Origin: Octopus vulgaris
Taxonomy: Eukaryota
Assembly: GCA_951406725.2 (NCBI GenBank)
Contig: OX597817.1
Location: 34,596,001 to 34,660,000 of the forward strand
Reading direction: 5' to 3'
Length of the DNA: 64,000 nucleotides
The translations under genes and the position numbers were made by a program. The notes beneath the pieces are model-generated. The model was given only the letters and a program-made list of their open reading frames with translations, was not told the origin of the DNA and made no database searches. Shown here one piece after another: positions 1-14,132 of this stretch. The first letter of the stretch is position 1. Each line of letters begins with the position of its first letter.

Positions 1-315
1 ATACATACATACATGCATACATACATACATACATACATACATACATACACACACACATACATACATACATACATACATACATACATACATAATACATAAT
101 ACATACATACATGCATGCATACACACACACATACATACATGCATACATGCATACATACATACATACATACACACACATACATACACACACATACATACAT
201 ACATACATACATGCATACATGCATACATACATACATATATACATACGTACATACATACAACATACGTACATATATATACATAGATACATACATACATACA
301 TACATGCATGCTACA

Positions 316-360
<45 letters not shown>

Positions 361-545
361 CACACGACAACATACATACATACAACATACGTACATATAT
401 ACATAGATACTCACATACATACATTCATACACACATACATACGTACTACAACATACATACGTAATATAACATACATATATACGTACATACGACAACATAC
501 ATACATATGTGTTTGCATGTGTGTGTATGTGTGTATGTGTGTGTG
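1..545. repeat. Compound (CATA)n/(TA)n/(TG)n microsatellite
   Basis: Simple repeats read directly. Confidence 0.95.
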
Positions 546-761
546 CTGTAGCCCGGTGTGTTTTTGTTTACATTCGCATCACTTTAAAGCCGGACTGAAG
601 TAATTAATGGTTTCTATACGATTGACTAAACCCTTGTTGCTGGCACCTCTGTATATCTGTAATTTAGTGACTGGTAATAATAAAAGAATATGTACATTAT
701 ACATAAACTATATCACCCAATGTGTACGTGTATGTAGCTATGTGCAAGTGAGCTGGTGCTT

Positions 762-1155
762 AATATTCTTTCCTACTCTAGGCATAAGGCCCGAAACTTT
801 TGGGGTGGGGGCCAGTCGATTAGCTCGAACCAGTACTTAATTTATCGATCCCGAAAGGATGAAAGGCAAAGTCGACCGCGGCGGAATTTGAACTCAGAAC
901 GTAGCGGGCAGACGAAATACCTATTTCTTTACTACCCACAAGGGGCTAAACACAGAGAGGACAAACAAGGACAGACAAACGGATTAAGTCGATTATATCG
1001 ACACCAGTGCGTAACTGGTACTTATTTCATCGACTCCGAAAGGATGAAGGGCAAAGTCGACCTCGGCGGAATTTGAACTCAGAACGCAGCGGCGGACGAA
1101 ATACCACAAAGCATTTCGCCCTGCTTGCTAGCGTTTCTGCCAGCTCGCCGCCTTT
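762..1155 (-). mobile_element. SINE family A, dimeric array
   Basis: tRNA-like head aaggcggcgagctggcagaaacg with B box gagttcaaattcc; core gactttgcctttcatcctttcggggtcgat present twice; matches 16866-17443 and 29500-30250. Confidence 0.85.
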
Positions 1156-1239
1156 AATAATAACAATAATAAAAGCAACGATAGTAACAACAAGAACTAT
1201 AACAACCACAAGACAAACAATAGCAACAATAACTAGATC

Positions 1240-1450
1240 TCTTTCAAAGCAGCCATAATTATCTTAAAAGAAAGAAGACCACGCTGTGTAATGTAGTATT
1301 AGATATACCATTCCTGAGAGATACATAAACAAAGATTGAGTGCTCAAAGCAAGAACGTTTTTGATCATAACTATAGGTGTACAAGAGCAGAGCTTTCCTA
1401 GGGTTAAACTATAACAACAACAGCAGCAACAACAACAACAACAACAATGA
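1240..1450 (+). repeat. Old dispersed repeat family G ending in (AAC)n
   Basis: Decayed homology to 2300-2550, 2670-2890, 4940-5120(-), 11660-11900(-), 15040-15220(-), 27690-27820, 41390-41600(-) and 47560-47740(-). Shared motifs tagaaatagcagccaaat..tcaaatcacacc and gctggaatgcctttgatcatagg. Confidence 0.55.
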
Positions 1451-1562
1451 CATACAGTGTTTAATTAACTCCTGAAACAGACTGAGCTAATTGTTTTATT
1501 ACATTTCTGTCTGTTGTTGATCATCAGGCATTTTTTTCATTTGATCATCAAATGTTTTAATA

Positions 1563-1866
<304 letters not shown>

Positions 1867-2891
1867 TCACCCCTATCTCTTTTTCTCCTTCTCCGATGTA
1901 ATGATGACCTACGGGTTACATTATATTTGTCGTGATAAGATTATTTGAGTTATTTAAGAATCAAGAATCTTGTAAGAAGTGGCTCACGGAAATAAATTCC
2001 GGCTGGAAAACATTGAGGTCAGCAGACATGTTTAAATAAAAACAAACACACAGTAATTAATTCAATAAAAGTAAAAAAATAAATAGCAACAACCACCATA
2101 CCAGAGACAGTAATTACATCAGCAATAATGAACTTCCGTCGTCAATTGTGTGTTTGACAATTATAGTGTCGCTGGTTCGAATCTCCTTATCGGTACTGCA
2201 CTAAGTTTATGTCTATAGCACTTAAATTTTCGCGCGTGATCTGTTTAATTAATGAGGATTTATTTGGTTCGGAATTACTATATGTACCGAACCAACATGG
2301 AAGCTCCTAGTGATTACTAGAAATAGCACTCAAATCACCCGCAAATCCCACCTTACCGTCTAAAAAAGATTACAGCAGTAATATCAGAGAACAAATTACT
2401 TTAAAAATAATGGACTTCTATGGTCAATAATGTATTCGACAGACATTTGGACAAGGTAAAAATAAATATAATTCAAAATGGTCAAAGCTGGAACGCCCGT
2501 GGTTGAGATCATATGCTCAACTAGCAGTAACCTGGAGCTCAAAATCAACAACGACTATGTTTATATCCTTTGGACCGTATGCATGACAGATCTTTATCTG
2601 AAACACTCTTTTAACCAAATTCTATCTCCTCCTCTTCAAAAACAAAATAACAAAAAAGAAAAACGAGCACTCTCTGGATTGTTCAACCTCCTAGAAATGA
2701 TATCTAAACTTTCTTCTAATCAGTCCTTACCGTCTTAAACAAATAAAGATACAGTTGATATTCATTGACTTAGGTATACCTAAGCAGATCTAATGGTCAT
2801 GAGTTGAATGCCTTTGATTATAGGTTTGCTAAATCACGATTGGCCAGGTGTTTAACAACAACGACGACGACAACAACAACAACAACAACAG

Positions 2892-3365
2892 TGGAGATGC
2901 AATGGCCCAGTGGTTAGGGCAGCGGACTTGTGGTCGTAAGAACGCGGTTTCGATTCCCAGACCAGGAATTGTGAATGTTTATTGAGCAAAAACACCACGA
3001 GGCTCCGGCGGGTGGTGGGGTGAACCCCGCTGTACTCTTTCACCACAACTTTCTCTCACTCTTTCTCCCTACTTCTGCCACAAAGCAGAGGAACCATGCT
3101 GTAACCCACTATGGTGTGATAAACTTTCAGACCCTAGTCTAGATTGCGAATCCTCTGTACCCCAGGATGGTTCAGCTCTCCACCCGTTAAAAACCACCGT
3201 TTACGGAAAGAGGAAAACAGCGTAGCTTTCACGCCCGTGCAACTGCCAGTCTATCGCGTGTGGTGGGTGGGTCTTCAAGTTGCCACACGCATTCTTAGTA
3301 GCTTAGAGTAGGCTCGAATTGGAGATTATTCCTTGTGGCTAATGGCGTGAGTCCTGACTGAAAGA
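2892..3365 (+). mobile_element. SINE family C, tail variant 2
   Basis: tRNA-like head (tggcccagtggttagggc ... ggtttcgattcc); near-identical reverse copy at 53481-53956; flanked by (AAC)n. Confidence 0.85.
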
Positions 3366-3589
3366 ACCAACAGCAACAACAACAATTACAGTGACTGATA
3401 ATGATTTCTGACTTAGTCATACAACCAAACATATTAGGGAGAAGGGAATATGATCGATTAAATTGATTTCACTACACGACGTATATGCTTGTATCGATCC
3501 TGGAAAGATGACCTCGGCATGAATTGAACTCAAAACTCAAAGATACGTAATCAGAAATCACAAGGCATTCAGTCCGACGTTTTTCCTAT

Positions 3590-3605
3590 AACGACGACGA
3601 CAATA

Positions 3606-3659
<54 letters not shown>

Positions 3660-3666
3660 GTGATGG

Positions 3667-3721
<55 letters not shown>

Positions 3722-3734
3722 GATAATGATGATA

Positions 3735-3765
<31 letters not shown>

Positions 3766-3791
3766 GGATGATGATGAGGATGATGATGAGG

Positions 3792-3823
<32 letters not shown>

Positions 3824-3960
3824 GATGGTGATGATGGTGATGGTGGTGGTGGTGGTGGTGGTGGTGGTGGTGATGGTGATGGTGATGGTGATGGTGATGA
3901 TGATGATGATGATGATGACGACGACGACGATGCCGATAGTGATGATGATGATGGTGGTCG
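3590..3960. repeat. (GAT)n/(GGT)n trinucleotide repeat
   Basis: Simple repeat; source of the poly-Met ORF 3606-3983. Confidence 0.95.
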
Positions 3961-6190
3961 AGTTCTGTTGCTGCTACTGCTGATTTAATATGACTGTAAC
4001 ACTAACGCACGTATTTCTAACCGAAGCAGATCAGATTATTAATGCCTCTCCCAGACCTTTGGTGTAGCAGAGAAATGACATGTGGAACCTATACGAAACA
4101 GGATATGTAAGAAATTATTTCGTGGAAAACATTTGACCTCTCAAGTCCATTGAATACGCAGCAAGTTTTAATTTTAAAACACTAGGTGATGGAAGAATCA
4201 GCCTGGATTTCTAATAAACCTGAAACACGTCAAGTGTTTTTACCAGTTTGCTTAAAGACAAAATCCACTTTTTCCTGGATTCTTAAAAATTTTCGGTTAG
4301 CTGATAGTATTGGAGTTATATACCTTACTTGCTGCTATTTCGATTTTCAAGCGCCTCAGCAGGTCTTCTTTTTGTCAAGTTACTCGAAGTTTTTAACTCA
4401 ATACATTACATGAGATCCTGCCGCGTGTTCATCAGTAGGTAGACTATACTCATGAGGTTCTTTGATTCGGCACTATTATCACTAATAACTATTTCTGATT
4501 TTAGCACAAAGCAACAGTTTTTAGGGGGGGGGTACTTTATGGAAGCCGGAGAGAGGTTCGGCAAAGTTTCTGCTCAAATTATCAGATTTATGATTTCCAG
4601 TCTGAACTTGAACTTGAACTCTGAACGTAATAAGTCTTAAGAAATACTACTAGGTCTCTCGTCCAACACGTTAGCGATTCTGCCAGCTTACTGCTTTACT
4701 GCTTGGACCTATGATCAAGTTTCGTTTTTCAGTCTAGTCGCTGACACTTTAGTTTCGACACGAACATCATAAATCTCATTCTCCTTTTCACTTTAAACTT
4801 ATTGACTTTGTGCTTGGTAACAAAAATAACACTGAATTTGTCTGACTGACTACAGACCTAAACTATTGAGCAATCTTCTGTTGCTGGATATGATACGATG
4901 TGTAATTTGATTATTCTTATTGCGTAACTCCAAGTTAGCTTTAATTCAGCATATCAAAGGCGTTCCAGCTGTGACCATCTTGTCTTTAATTAAAGTATAG
5001 TATACCTAGAACTTCATGATTCACTGTGTTCTTCCAATTTTCTAGACGGTAGGATATGGAATGGTAGAAATTTAACTGATATTTCTAGTAAGTAGAGCAA
5101 CACTGACGAGGTTTCCTCGTTAGCTTGATGTGTAGAAGTTTATGGTCGTGTTCCATTATGAATTTAACCACGCATGGACTGTTGAAGATCAACCAATATA
5201 TAGGATTTTCTATCCCAACCAGAGTTTGGATTAATGGCGAGACATACAGAGAGCATAGGTCATAAAAATACTAGCAGACTCAAACTGAAGGGTAGGGAAC
5301 TAACCAAGGGTGGGAAGTGGGTTGACTCACGAAAATATTTTTCTTGAAATGTGATAACTTTGACTAGTAATTTCTTCCTGATTTTATATTTTATTTTATT
5401 AAATAACGTAAAATTCTGACTGGAAATCATAAATCTGATAATTAGAACTTCAAATCTTTGTCTGGGTATGACTGGCATATCGGTACAGGCTGTATTTATA
5501 GACATATCAAATTATATTAGGGGTCAAAAACTCGGCTGTTAGTTGAAAACGTAACTATGTAGGAAGAAGTTTAGGAAATATGGAAAAAATATCGAATGAG
5601 CTGCAAGATGAAGACCTTAGTGGGATACCTCTCAATCCAAGAACCTCAGAAATAGTTTTGTTAAAGACATTTAACTTTTTTTTTAATTGGTGTAATAAAT
5701 AACCGTCTCTTGAGTATTTTGTTCCAGGGCGATATGTAGTATATAAAGGATTTTGTTTACTCCGTCTTACTGACGTATATTTTTAAGACAAATAACTCTT
5801 TGAAGATGGTTGTTGTAAGATATCATGTGGATTATATTCATTAGCCTCATAACGTTTGTGAACATTTTATTTTTTATGAAATTCAGGTATACTAATAAAA
5901 AGTGTAAAGTAATCAATGTGTAAAATTTGCCTCATTAACTGTAATTTTTGTTGAAATGAATTGTGCTTCCAGTAAATAAGTCTCTAATCTGGTTTTGACG
6001 ATCTTCGGTAAAGCTTTTCAGGTAAAATGTAATTATCAAATAACCTCATTCCTTTTACCTATATATTTTGATCTCTCACTTTTGTGACTAAAATCAGTTA
6101 CTATAAGTATGTCTTGTAGAAAGAATGTTCTACGGATGTTTTCAGCATTTTATGTAATTTATGTATCATTGTTTTTTTCTGTATACATAA

Positions 6191-6213
6191 ACACACACAC
6201 ACACGCACGCACG

Positions 6214-6283
<70 letters not shown>

Positions 6284-6484
6284 TACATACATACATACAT
6301 ACATACATACATACATACATACATACATACATACATACATACATACATACATACATACATACATACATACATACATACATACATACATACATACATACAT
6401 ACATACATACATACATACATACATACATACATACATACATACATACATACATACATACATACATACATACATACATACATACAT
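6191..6484. repeat. (CA)n(CATA)n microsatellite
   Basis: Simple repeats read directly. Confidence 0.95.
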
Positions 6485-6645
6485 TAGATCGACTCCAGTG
6501 CGTAACTGGTACTTAATTTATCGAACCCGAAAGGATGAAAGGCAAAGTCGACCTCGGCGCAATTTGAACTCAGAACGTAGCGGCAGACGAAATACTGCTA
6601 AGCATTTCGTCCGGCGTGCTAACGATTCTGCCAGTTCGCAGCCTT
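6485..6645 (-). mobile_element. SINE family A, 3'-truncated monomer
   Basis: Head and core match the other A copies. Confidence 0.85.
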
Positions 6646-6980
6646 AGATGGGGACAATAATATTGTATATTTTATTGTGCTTTACGGTAGAAAGAGGAGC
6701 TGAATTCTGCCATAGTGGCCTTAAAAATTGCCTTTCTGTCACTTTTCTGCCTCTCCTACACATGAAACGATTATCTAACTTGTAATTAACCTTCGCATTC
6801 TGTCCTTCCTAAATATATATTGATTAAAACCTCTCACCTTACTCTCTCTCTCTCTCTCTCTCTTCCTCTCTTTCCATACGTACATTCATACTTATATACA
6901 ACCATGCATACAGACGCGCAAGCATACATGCACACATACATACATACATACATACATACATACATACATACATACATACA

Positions 6981-7011
<31 letters not shown>

Positions 7012-7229
7012 GTTATATGTGTGTGTGTGTGTGTGCCTGCGTGCGTGCGTGCGCGAGGAGAGTAGAGATTTAGAAAGAGAGAAAGTGTGTGAGAGAGAGA
7101 GAGAGATGTGTGCGTATAGGAATATATGTATGTATGTCATGCGTACGCCCACGTATGAATTGAAAATGCACACGTTCTCTTAAGCTCAACAATGCGCTCT
7201 TATACATATATATAAATGTGTGTGTATGT

Positions 7230-7289
<60 letters not shown>

Positions 7290-7412
7290 GGATCGAGCTT
7301 GACCCTACAACAGAGTGTTACCTCATCAATCATCTGGTGTGGAGAGGATTCCCCGCTTGTTTTGACAAGCAACAAGCGGGTGGATTTGGTTTCAAATCTC
7401 AGGCTCGATTCC

Positions 7413-7447
<35 letters not shown>

Positions 7448-7570
7448 ATACGTACGCGCGCACCCACACCCACACACAAATATGAATAGTTGAATGCTTA
7501 TGAGTGTCAGTGTGTATGTATATACGTACGTATGTACGTATGTATGTATGTACCTATATATGTACGTCGG

Positions 7571-7975
<405 letters not shown>

Positions 7976-7976
7976 G

Positions 7977-8139
7977 TGGAGGCGCAATGGCTCAGTGGTT
8001 AGGGCAGCGGACTCGCAGTCATAAGATTGCGATTTCAATTCCCAGACCGGGCGTTGAGAGTGATTATTAAGCGAAAACACCTAAAGCTCCACAAGGCTCC
8101 GGCAGGGGTGGTGGCGAACCCTGCTGTACTCTTTCTCTC

Positions 8140-8140
<1 letters not shown>
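7977..8140 (+). mobile_element. SINE family C, 5' half
   Basis: Head ggaggcgcaatggctcagtggttagggcagcgg; inverted relative to 7571-7862. Confidence 0.85.
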
Positions 8141-8203
<63 letters not shown>

Positions 8204-9027
8204 CATTCATATATATACATATATATATATAATGATCTGTACACCTCTTAAACAATCTATACATACATGCATATATACACACACATATACATACTTATAC
8301 ACACACATAAATAGACATATGTTTGTAGGTTAGTGTGTATGTTTGTGCATGTGCACGTGTTTGTGTTTATATGCGTGTATGTGCTCTTGGAGAGTAGAGA
8401 CATAAGAAGAGAAAGTGTATGAGAGAAAAATTCATATGCAGTTACATACATAAACCTATTAAATTACAGTAAACAGACATTAGGTTAGTTAGGGGGTATT
8501 TTTTAACAAAAAATGCTTTGACATTACAAACTTCTCGTGTATTGTCACAATCTCGTATCAAATTTTCAAGCGATTCCGCGCCCTCTTCCGGAAACCGAAT
8601 ATGCAAAAAACGAAAACATTTTATCATCACATTTTATTGTTAGTAACTCATTGCTACGACTGGTTATTTTCATTTTATTTCTACTGCTCAACATATTTTA
8701 CCAGCAAAGAATGTTTCATATTTACCGGTAAAGGTTAGCCCCAAATATTCTTATTACAATAAAATGAGACGTTAGAATAGTTCATCATCTTTTGGGTATT
8801 TAGTTTGGAAATTCGGTTTATGGAAAATGTTCATTTTTTCTCTTTCTCTCCCTCTCCATCCCCTTTCTCACTCTCTCACATATACATACATGCACTTTCC
8901 TACCTACCTACCTACCTACCTACCTACCTACCTACCTACCTACCTACCTACCTACCTACCTACCTACCAACGTACATACATACATACATACATTCATGGC
9001 AATTATCAAACTTATATATTATATATA

Positions 9028-9725
9028 GGCGCAGGCATAGCTGTGTAGTTAAGAAGCTCGCTTTGGAATCACGTGATCTTGCAAGTGAATTTGGCAGACG
9101 GAAACTGTATGGAAGCCTGTCATATATATATGCATATATGCATATATGTGTGTGCGTGCGTGTGTGTGTGTGTATGTGTGTGCATGTATGTATGTATGTA
9201 TGTATGTATGTATGTATGTATGTATGTATGTATGTATGTATGCGTATGTGTGCGGGTGACCTTGTGTCTGTGTTAGTCCCAATGCAACTGGTGTTAGTTT
9301 GTTTACGTCCTTGTAATAATAAAAGTTTTTTAAATAATAAATGCACCCTTTTTAAAGCCCAGCCAGGCTCATGGGCCCGGTTTCCCGGTTTGTATGGCAT
9401 ATGTGTTCCTCAGCTGGATGAGACGCCAGTCCATCGCAGCGGTACTCATTTTTGCCAGCTGAGTGGACTGGAGCAACGTGAAATGAAGTGTTTTGCTCAA
9501 GAACACAACACGTCGCCCGGTCCGGGAAACGAAACCACAATCTTACGATCATGGTGCTGACACCTTAACCACTATGCCACGCCTCTCCAGCGGTTTGATA
9601 AAAGAACCGATAGAATGAGCACCACACTTTAAAAATTAAGAACTGAGGGACGATTTATTCGACCACAAACCCTTCAATACGATGCTCCAGCATGGCTGCA
9701 GTCTAATTACTGAAAGAAATAAAAG
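9028..9725 (+). mobile_element. Diverged SINE family B with a nested SINE D
   Basis: B head at 9028, internal microsatellite, B sequence interrupted at about 9316 and resumed at about 9590. Confidence 0.7.
9330..9589 (-). mobile_element. SINE family D nested in SINE B
   Basis: tRNA-like head plus core gtgttgtgttcttgagcaaaacacttcatttcacgttgctccag shared with 57990-58329. Confidence 0.75.
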
Positions 9726-9890
9726 AATATACATCCTTTAAATTTGTTTACGGGGTAACGTTTTGAATATGCAAATAAAGCTCCTATTCCATTATGCCGG
9801 CCACACTCTAATGATGCTGACTGGTGAACCAGTTTTGTGGGGCGGGGGTTGCATCTAGCTGTACTGATATAATGTAGGATAAATATAATA

Positions 9891-10343
9891 ATAATGACAA
9901 TAATTCTTGGATGGAATTCATAAACATTTAATGCATCGCTACGCGCGTTTCTACAAATCACATGTCTTTTAAGATCACAGTCCGTATTCCTGGGATGGTT
10001 ACAGTGTAGTCTGTGGTATCCGTGGACATCGGGTTGATCATCTTCATGGATTCATTTCTTCAGGCGATATAACATTAATGAATGTACAACCGAGAGATGA
10101 TTAAGGGATTAGCACAACAAAAGGATGCAAATGGGATAAGCATTCCTCTGTTCTACCTCCATTGATATTATATCGTCTGAAGAAATGAATCCATGAAGAT
10201 GATCAACCCGATACTCACGGATACTACGGACTACACTGTAATCATTCCAAGAATACGGACTGTGATTTTAAGAGACATGATTTGTGGAAACGGGCATAGC
10301 GATGCATTAAATGTTTATAAATTCTATCCAAGGATTAATGTTA
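9891..10343. repeat. Long imperfect inverted repeat (arms about 9891-10080 and 10160-10343)
   Basis: Arms are reverse complements, e.g. gggttgatcatcttcatggattcatttcttcag versus ctgaagaaatgaatccatgaagatgatcaaccc. Confidence 0.9.
9935..10068 (-). ncRNA. Type I hammerhead ribozyme-like motif with long helix II
   Basis: atcgc-CTGAAGA-(~105 nt)-GAAA-cgcgcg-TA-gcgat; mutated mirror copy at 10172-10303(+). Confidence 0.6.
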
Positions 10344-10379
10344 TAAATAAATAAATATATATATATATATGTCCGGCCA

Positions 10380-10572
10380 TCGCCATGATTGACCGCTAGC
10401 TACTAAAGCTTTCTTTTTTTATTCTCTCTCTGTTTATTTTCTTGTGTTCCTTTCTGTTGAAGGGCGTAGACTCGAAACGTAAAATTTTTCTCACCTTCCC
10501 GAGCGTTAAACTAATACACCTGTTTGATGTTTACACACCTGTCTTCGTCTTTTGTTTTTTGTATATTCCAAC

Positions 10573-10575
<3 letters not shown>
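10380..10575 (+). mobile_element. Short (TA)n-flanked element family E (Penelope-like derivative)
   Basis: Homologous to 11365-11533(+), 34142-34332(-) and 44600-44700(-); carries a degenerate hammerhead-like motif. Confidence 0.6.
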
Positions 10576-10665
<90 letters not shown>

Positions 10666-10781
10666 GGCATTATTACACATAAATGCCACACGCTAGGAGG
10701 GACTTTCAAAGTCATTACTACCAAAAATTAACGAATCGTACCGAATGCAGCTCTCGAAGCAAGACATTTAAAACAGAATTT

Positions 10782-10847
10782 AGTTCCAGATCACCTGTGA
10801 TTTCGCAATAAACGTATTATCTACGTCTTTTGTTCATCAGTGAAACT
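10782..10847 (-). ncRNA. Type I hammerhead ribozyme motif
   Basis: agtttca-CTGATGA-acaaaagacgta[gataa]tacgtttattgc-GAAA-tcac[ag]gtga-TC-tggaact; all three helices pair; core intact apart from an A-C pair at the base of helix II. Confidence 0.75.
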
Positions 10848-11045
10848 GATTCAAAACATATCAAGAATAAACAAAACCAACATACCCGGCGGAACCAAAC
10901 AGACAACCGCCGCATCCATCGTAGCACATGGAAATGTTCATTCGTAATATATTTATGTAAATGGCGGGCTTTTTCGAACTGCATTTCGGTAAGAAACGTG
11001 TTTCTTCGGGACAAATTTAACAATTAAGGATAAAATCTTAATAAG

Positions 11046-11119
<74 letters not shown>

Positions 11120-11364
11120 CAAAATAAGACAAGGTAGAAAATGCTGAACATTTTAATACTTTTCAGACTTTGCGACTTTTTCGACTTAGAATAAAGCCTG
11201 AAAAACAATTAAATTGTTGAAAAATAGAATGAGATGTTTTTTTAAAAAATATTTCCATAGTTTTTAAGGGACATTTTTCTTTTTTCTTTTTTCTGGCTGT
11301 CTCCGTCTCTCTTTTTTACTCGATCTCTTTGTTGTCTTACCATTTCTATGAATATATATATATA

Positions 11365-11531
11365 TTATTCACCCACTAGCCACTACACATTCTTTATTTC
11401 CTCCCCTTGTTTCTTTCTGTGTTCCTTTCTGTGGAAGAGCTCGAAACTTTTTCCCTTCCCAAGCATTAAACTAATACATCTGTTTGTTGTCTACACCACG
11501 TGTCTTCGTCTTATGTTTTTGTGAATTCATC

Positions 11532-11533
<2 letters not shown>
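11365..11533 (+). mobile_element. Family E copy
   Basis: Homology to 10380-10575 with small deletions. Confidence 0.6.
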
Positions 11534-11567
<34 letters not shown>

Positions 11568-12706
11568 TTACCACCATAAATTCTCCGAGAATAACACACC
11601 ACATAATAGGCTAGCAAAAGAAAGAAAATGAATTAAAACTTTTGGTTAACTTGTAACGTAGAGTTGGTGTTGATATTCGTTCCAAGTCAGTCCTAATTGA
11701 GCAGCCCTGTAAAGCAAAGGAATTTGCTGAGACCATTTCGTTTTTTTTTTTAAGTATATGGTGTCTAGGACTCAATATTCCAGACACATTATCTTCCTTT
11801 TTTTTTTTTTTTTTTTGTAAAACGGTAGGGTGTGTTTCGGAGGTGATTTGGTTGCTATTACTCACTGGACGAGCGACTGCATTGAAGCTCGTTCGCTTGG
11901 CTCAAATGACACAGAATAGAAAGGTAAGGACCTTTAATATAAGAAAATTGTAATGAGAGAGAGAGGGAGAGAGAGAGGGAGAAAGAGAGGGGGAGAGAGA
12001 GGGAGAGAGAGAGAGAGAGACAGAGAAAGAGAAACAGAGAAAGAAAGACAGAGAGTAAGGGACAAGCATTGAAATATGTGCGGTTTCTGACGTGACAAGA
12101 TGGCGGGTATCTATCATGATACACGCTAATTTATATAAGATTAAATTTCATAAAGGGCCGGCAAGTGTTTTTCAGTTAGATAAATCAAGATGATTAAGTT
12201 AAATGCTTTAAAAATACAGTGTCTTGAGGGCTCAATATGATCTTAGGACTCACGTGTAACATTTGCGTGTTATTAAATCAAGGATTTACACACCTTCTTC
12301 CAATTATTTGAGGGGAAAAAAACTACCAGCAGTTATTTGAATGTTTAGCTCCAAGCTGGGAATAAGGATGATCAGTTTTAAAGGTAATGCTGAGATGCGA
12401 AAAGATGTCCTTCAAAAAAGTATGAAACAATATCTATAATATTGTAGTTAGAGGTAGAAAAGGGTTCGGAAAGAATCTGATTAAAGATCACTTTTGGCCA
12501 GAAGAAGTAAAATAATGGTTGCGAAAGAGACTGCTGTTATAGAAAGCGCTAGCTTAGAGCAACTCATTTTATATTTACCGTTGAAACACATATGATGATT
12601 GTTTTCTTTTAAAATTAGTGACGTTAATTAGTGGATTAAAAAAAAATGAAACTTCCATGATTTCAGGATTAATTCAAGAATAGCTGCAGCTCAACAGGTT
12701 TATATA

Positions 12707-12778
<72 letters not shown>

Positions 12779-12779
<1 letters not shown>

Positions 12780-14060
12780 CAGGTCATCCCATAAGTTCTG
12801 TCCGAATTTTGAATAAAGAAAACAAGTGATCAACTGTTATATTTAATTGAAATTTAATCATCAACGTACTTTCCCAGATTATCTATGACTTCCTTCCATC
12901 TATTTACAAGCTTTTTAATCCCATCAATGTAAAACTCTTTTGGTTTCAAAGCGAAGAACTCTGAAATGTCAGTTTCGACCTCCTCCTAGCTTGCGAAAGT
13001 TATGTCCCCCAAATGATTCTGTAAACTACGAAACAAATACTTGTCTGAAGGAGCAAGGTCGGGAGAATAAGGTGGATGAGGAATTTTTTCCCAACCAAGC
13101 TCTCCGATCTTCTGTGATGTGATCTTTGCAGTGTGTGGCCGCGCATTGTCCTCATGAAACATTACTCCTTTTCGATTCACTAAAGCGGGTCTTTTTTTCT
13201 TCAAAGCTTAGTTCAAACGCTCTAATTGCTGACAGTAGACTTGAGCATTGATTGTTGTATTAGGTGGTAACAATTCAAACTGAATTACTCCTTTGCAATC
13301 CCACCAGATAGAGAGAAGAACCTTTTTCCCATGAAGTTCCCTTTTCAGTAGTGGTTGAGCTTTTTACCTTTTACCAAGCCACTGTTTACGGCGTTTAACA
13401 TTTCGATAGAAGATTCATTTTTCGTCACCAGTCACAAGTCTATCCAAAAAGGGTGAAATGAGTTCGTGAGAATGGAGAGAAGAGCAGATATAAACTCGGG
13501 ATTTGCGTTTGCTTTCGGACAATTCATGAGGCACCCATTTTCCAAGTTTAGGAACCTTTCCAAGTTGTTGAAGATGACGATGAACAGTTGTATGGTTTGA
13601 ACTAAGCTTTATTGCCAATTCTTCAACTGATAATGCAGGATTTTCTTCAAGTAATGCCTCAAGGAGCTTATCATCAAACTCAACTGGGCGTCCTGTTCAA
13701 TCTTCATCTTCAAAGCTGAAATCTCCACTTTTGAATTTTGCAAACCATCTTCTGCAAGTTCTTTCATTCAAGCATTCTTTCCCATAAACTGGGTGTATGT
13801 TTTGAGTCACTTCGGCTGTAGAGTTTCCTTTTTTGTACTCATAAGGTATTATGTGCCTTAAATGCTCGTTGGACACTACCGTGTTAGAAAGGGTTTTAAT
13901 CAAAGAAAGTTTAATTCTATTATTCTGTAAAATAATATTTAATTAGTTTAAATGTACACAAATCCATAAAAATAATTTTTAATTCCATGAGACATTCTAA
14001 AATACTATTAAATTTCATTCAATTAAAAAGGGTAAAATCGGACAGAACTTATGGGATGAC

Positions 14061-14064
<4 letters not shown>
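12779..14064 (-). mobile_element. Full-length mariner (DD34D) transposon, 1286 bp, inactive
   Basis: 27 bp perfect TIRs tcaggtcatcccataagttctgtccga (12779-12805 and 14038-14064); TA on both sides; internal transposase remnant. Confidence 0.95.
12854..13903 (-). pseudogene. Mariner transposase pseudogene
   Basis: Fragments with WVPHEL, LVTGDEK(W>stop), HEDNARPH and HPPYSPDLAPSD, broken by stops and frameshifts. Confidence 0.93.

Positions 14065-14130
<66 letters not shown>

Positions 14131-14132
<2 letters not shown>

Noticed and set aside
3606-3983. Poly-Met ORF
   Set aside because: It is a (GAT)n tract.
7977-8050. tRNA-like sequences at SINE heads
   Set aside because: They have A/B boxes but continue into SINE bodies and lack a convincing acceptor stem, so they are not called tRNA genes.
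8540-8800. Two weak hammerhead-like arrangements (CGGAAGA..GAAA and ATGATGA..GAAA)
   Set aside because: The cores are mutated and the helices too weak to separate from chance.
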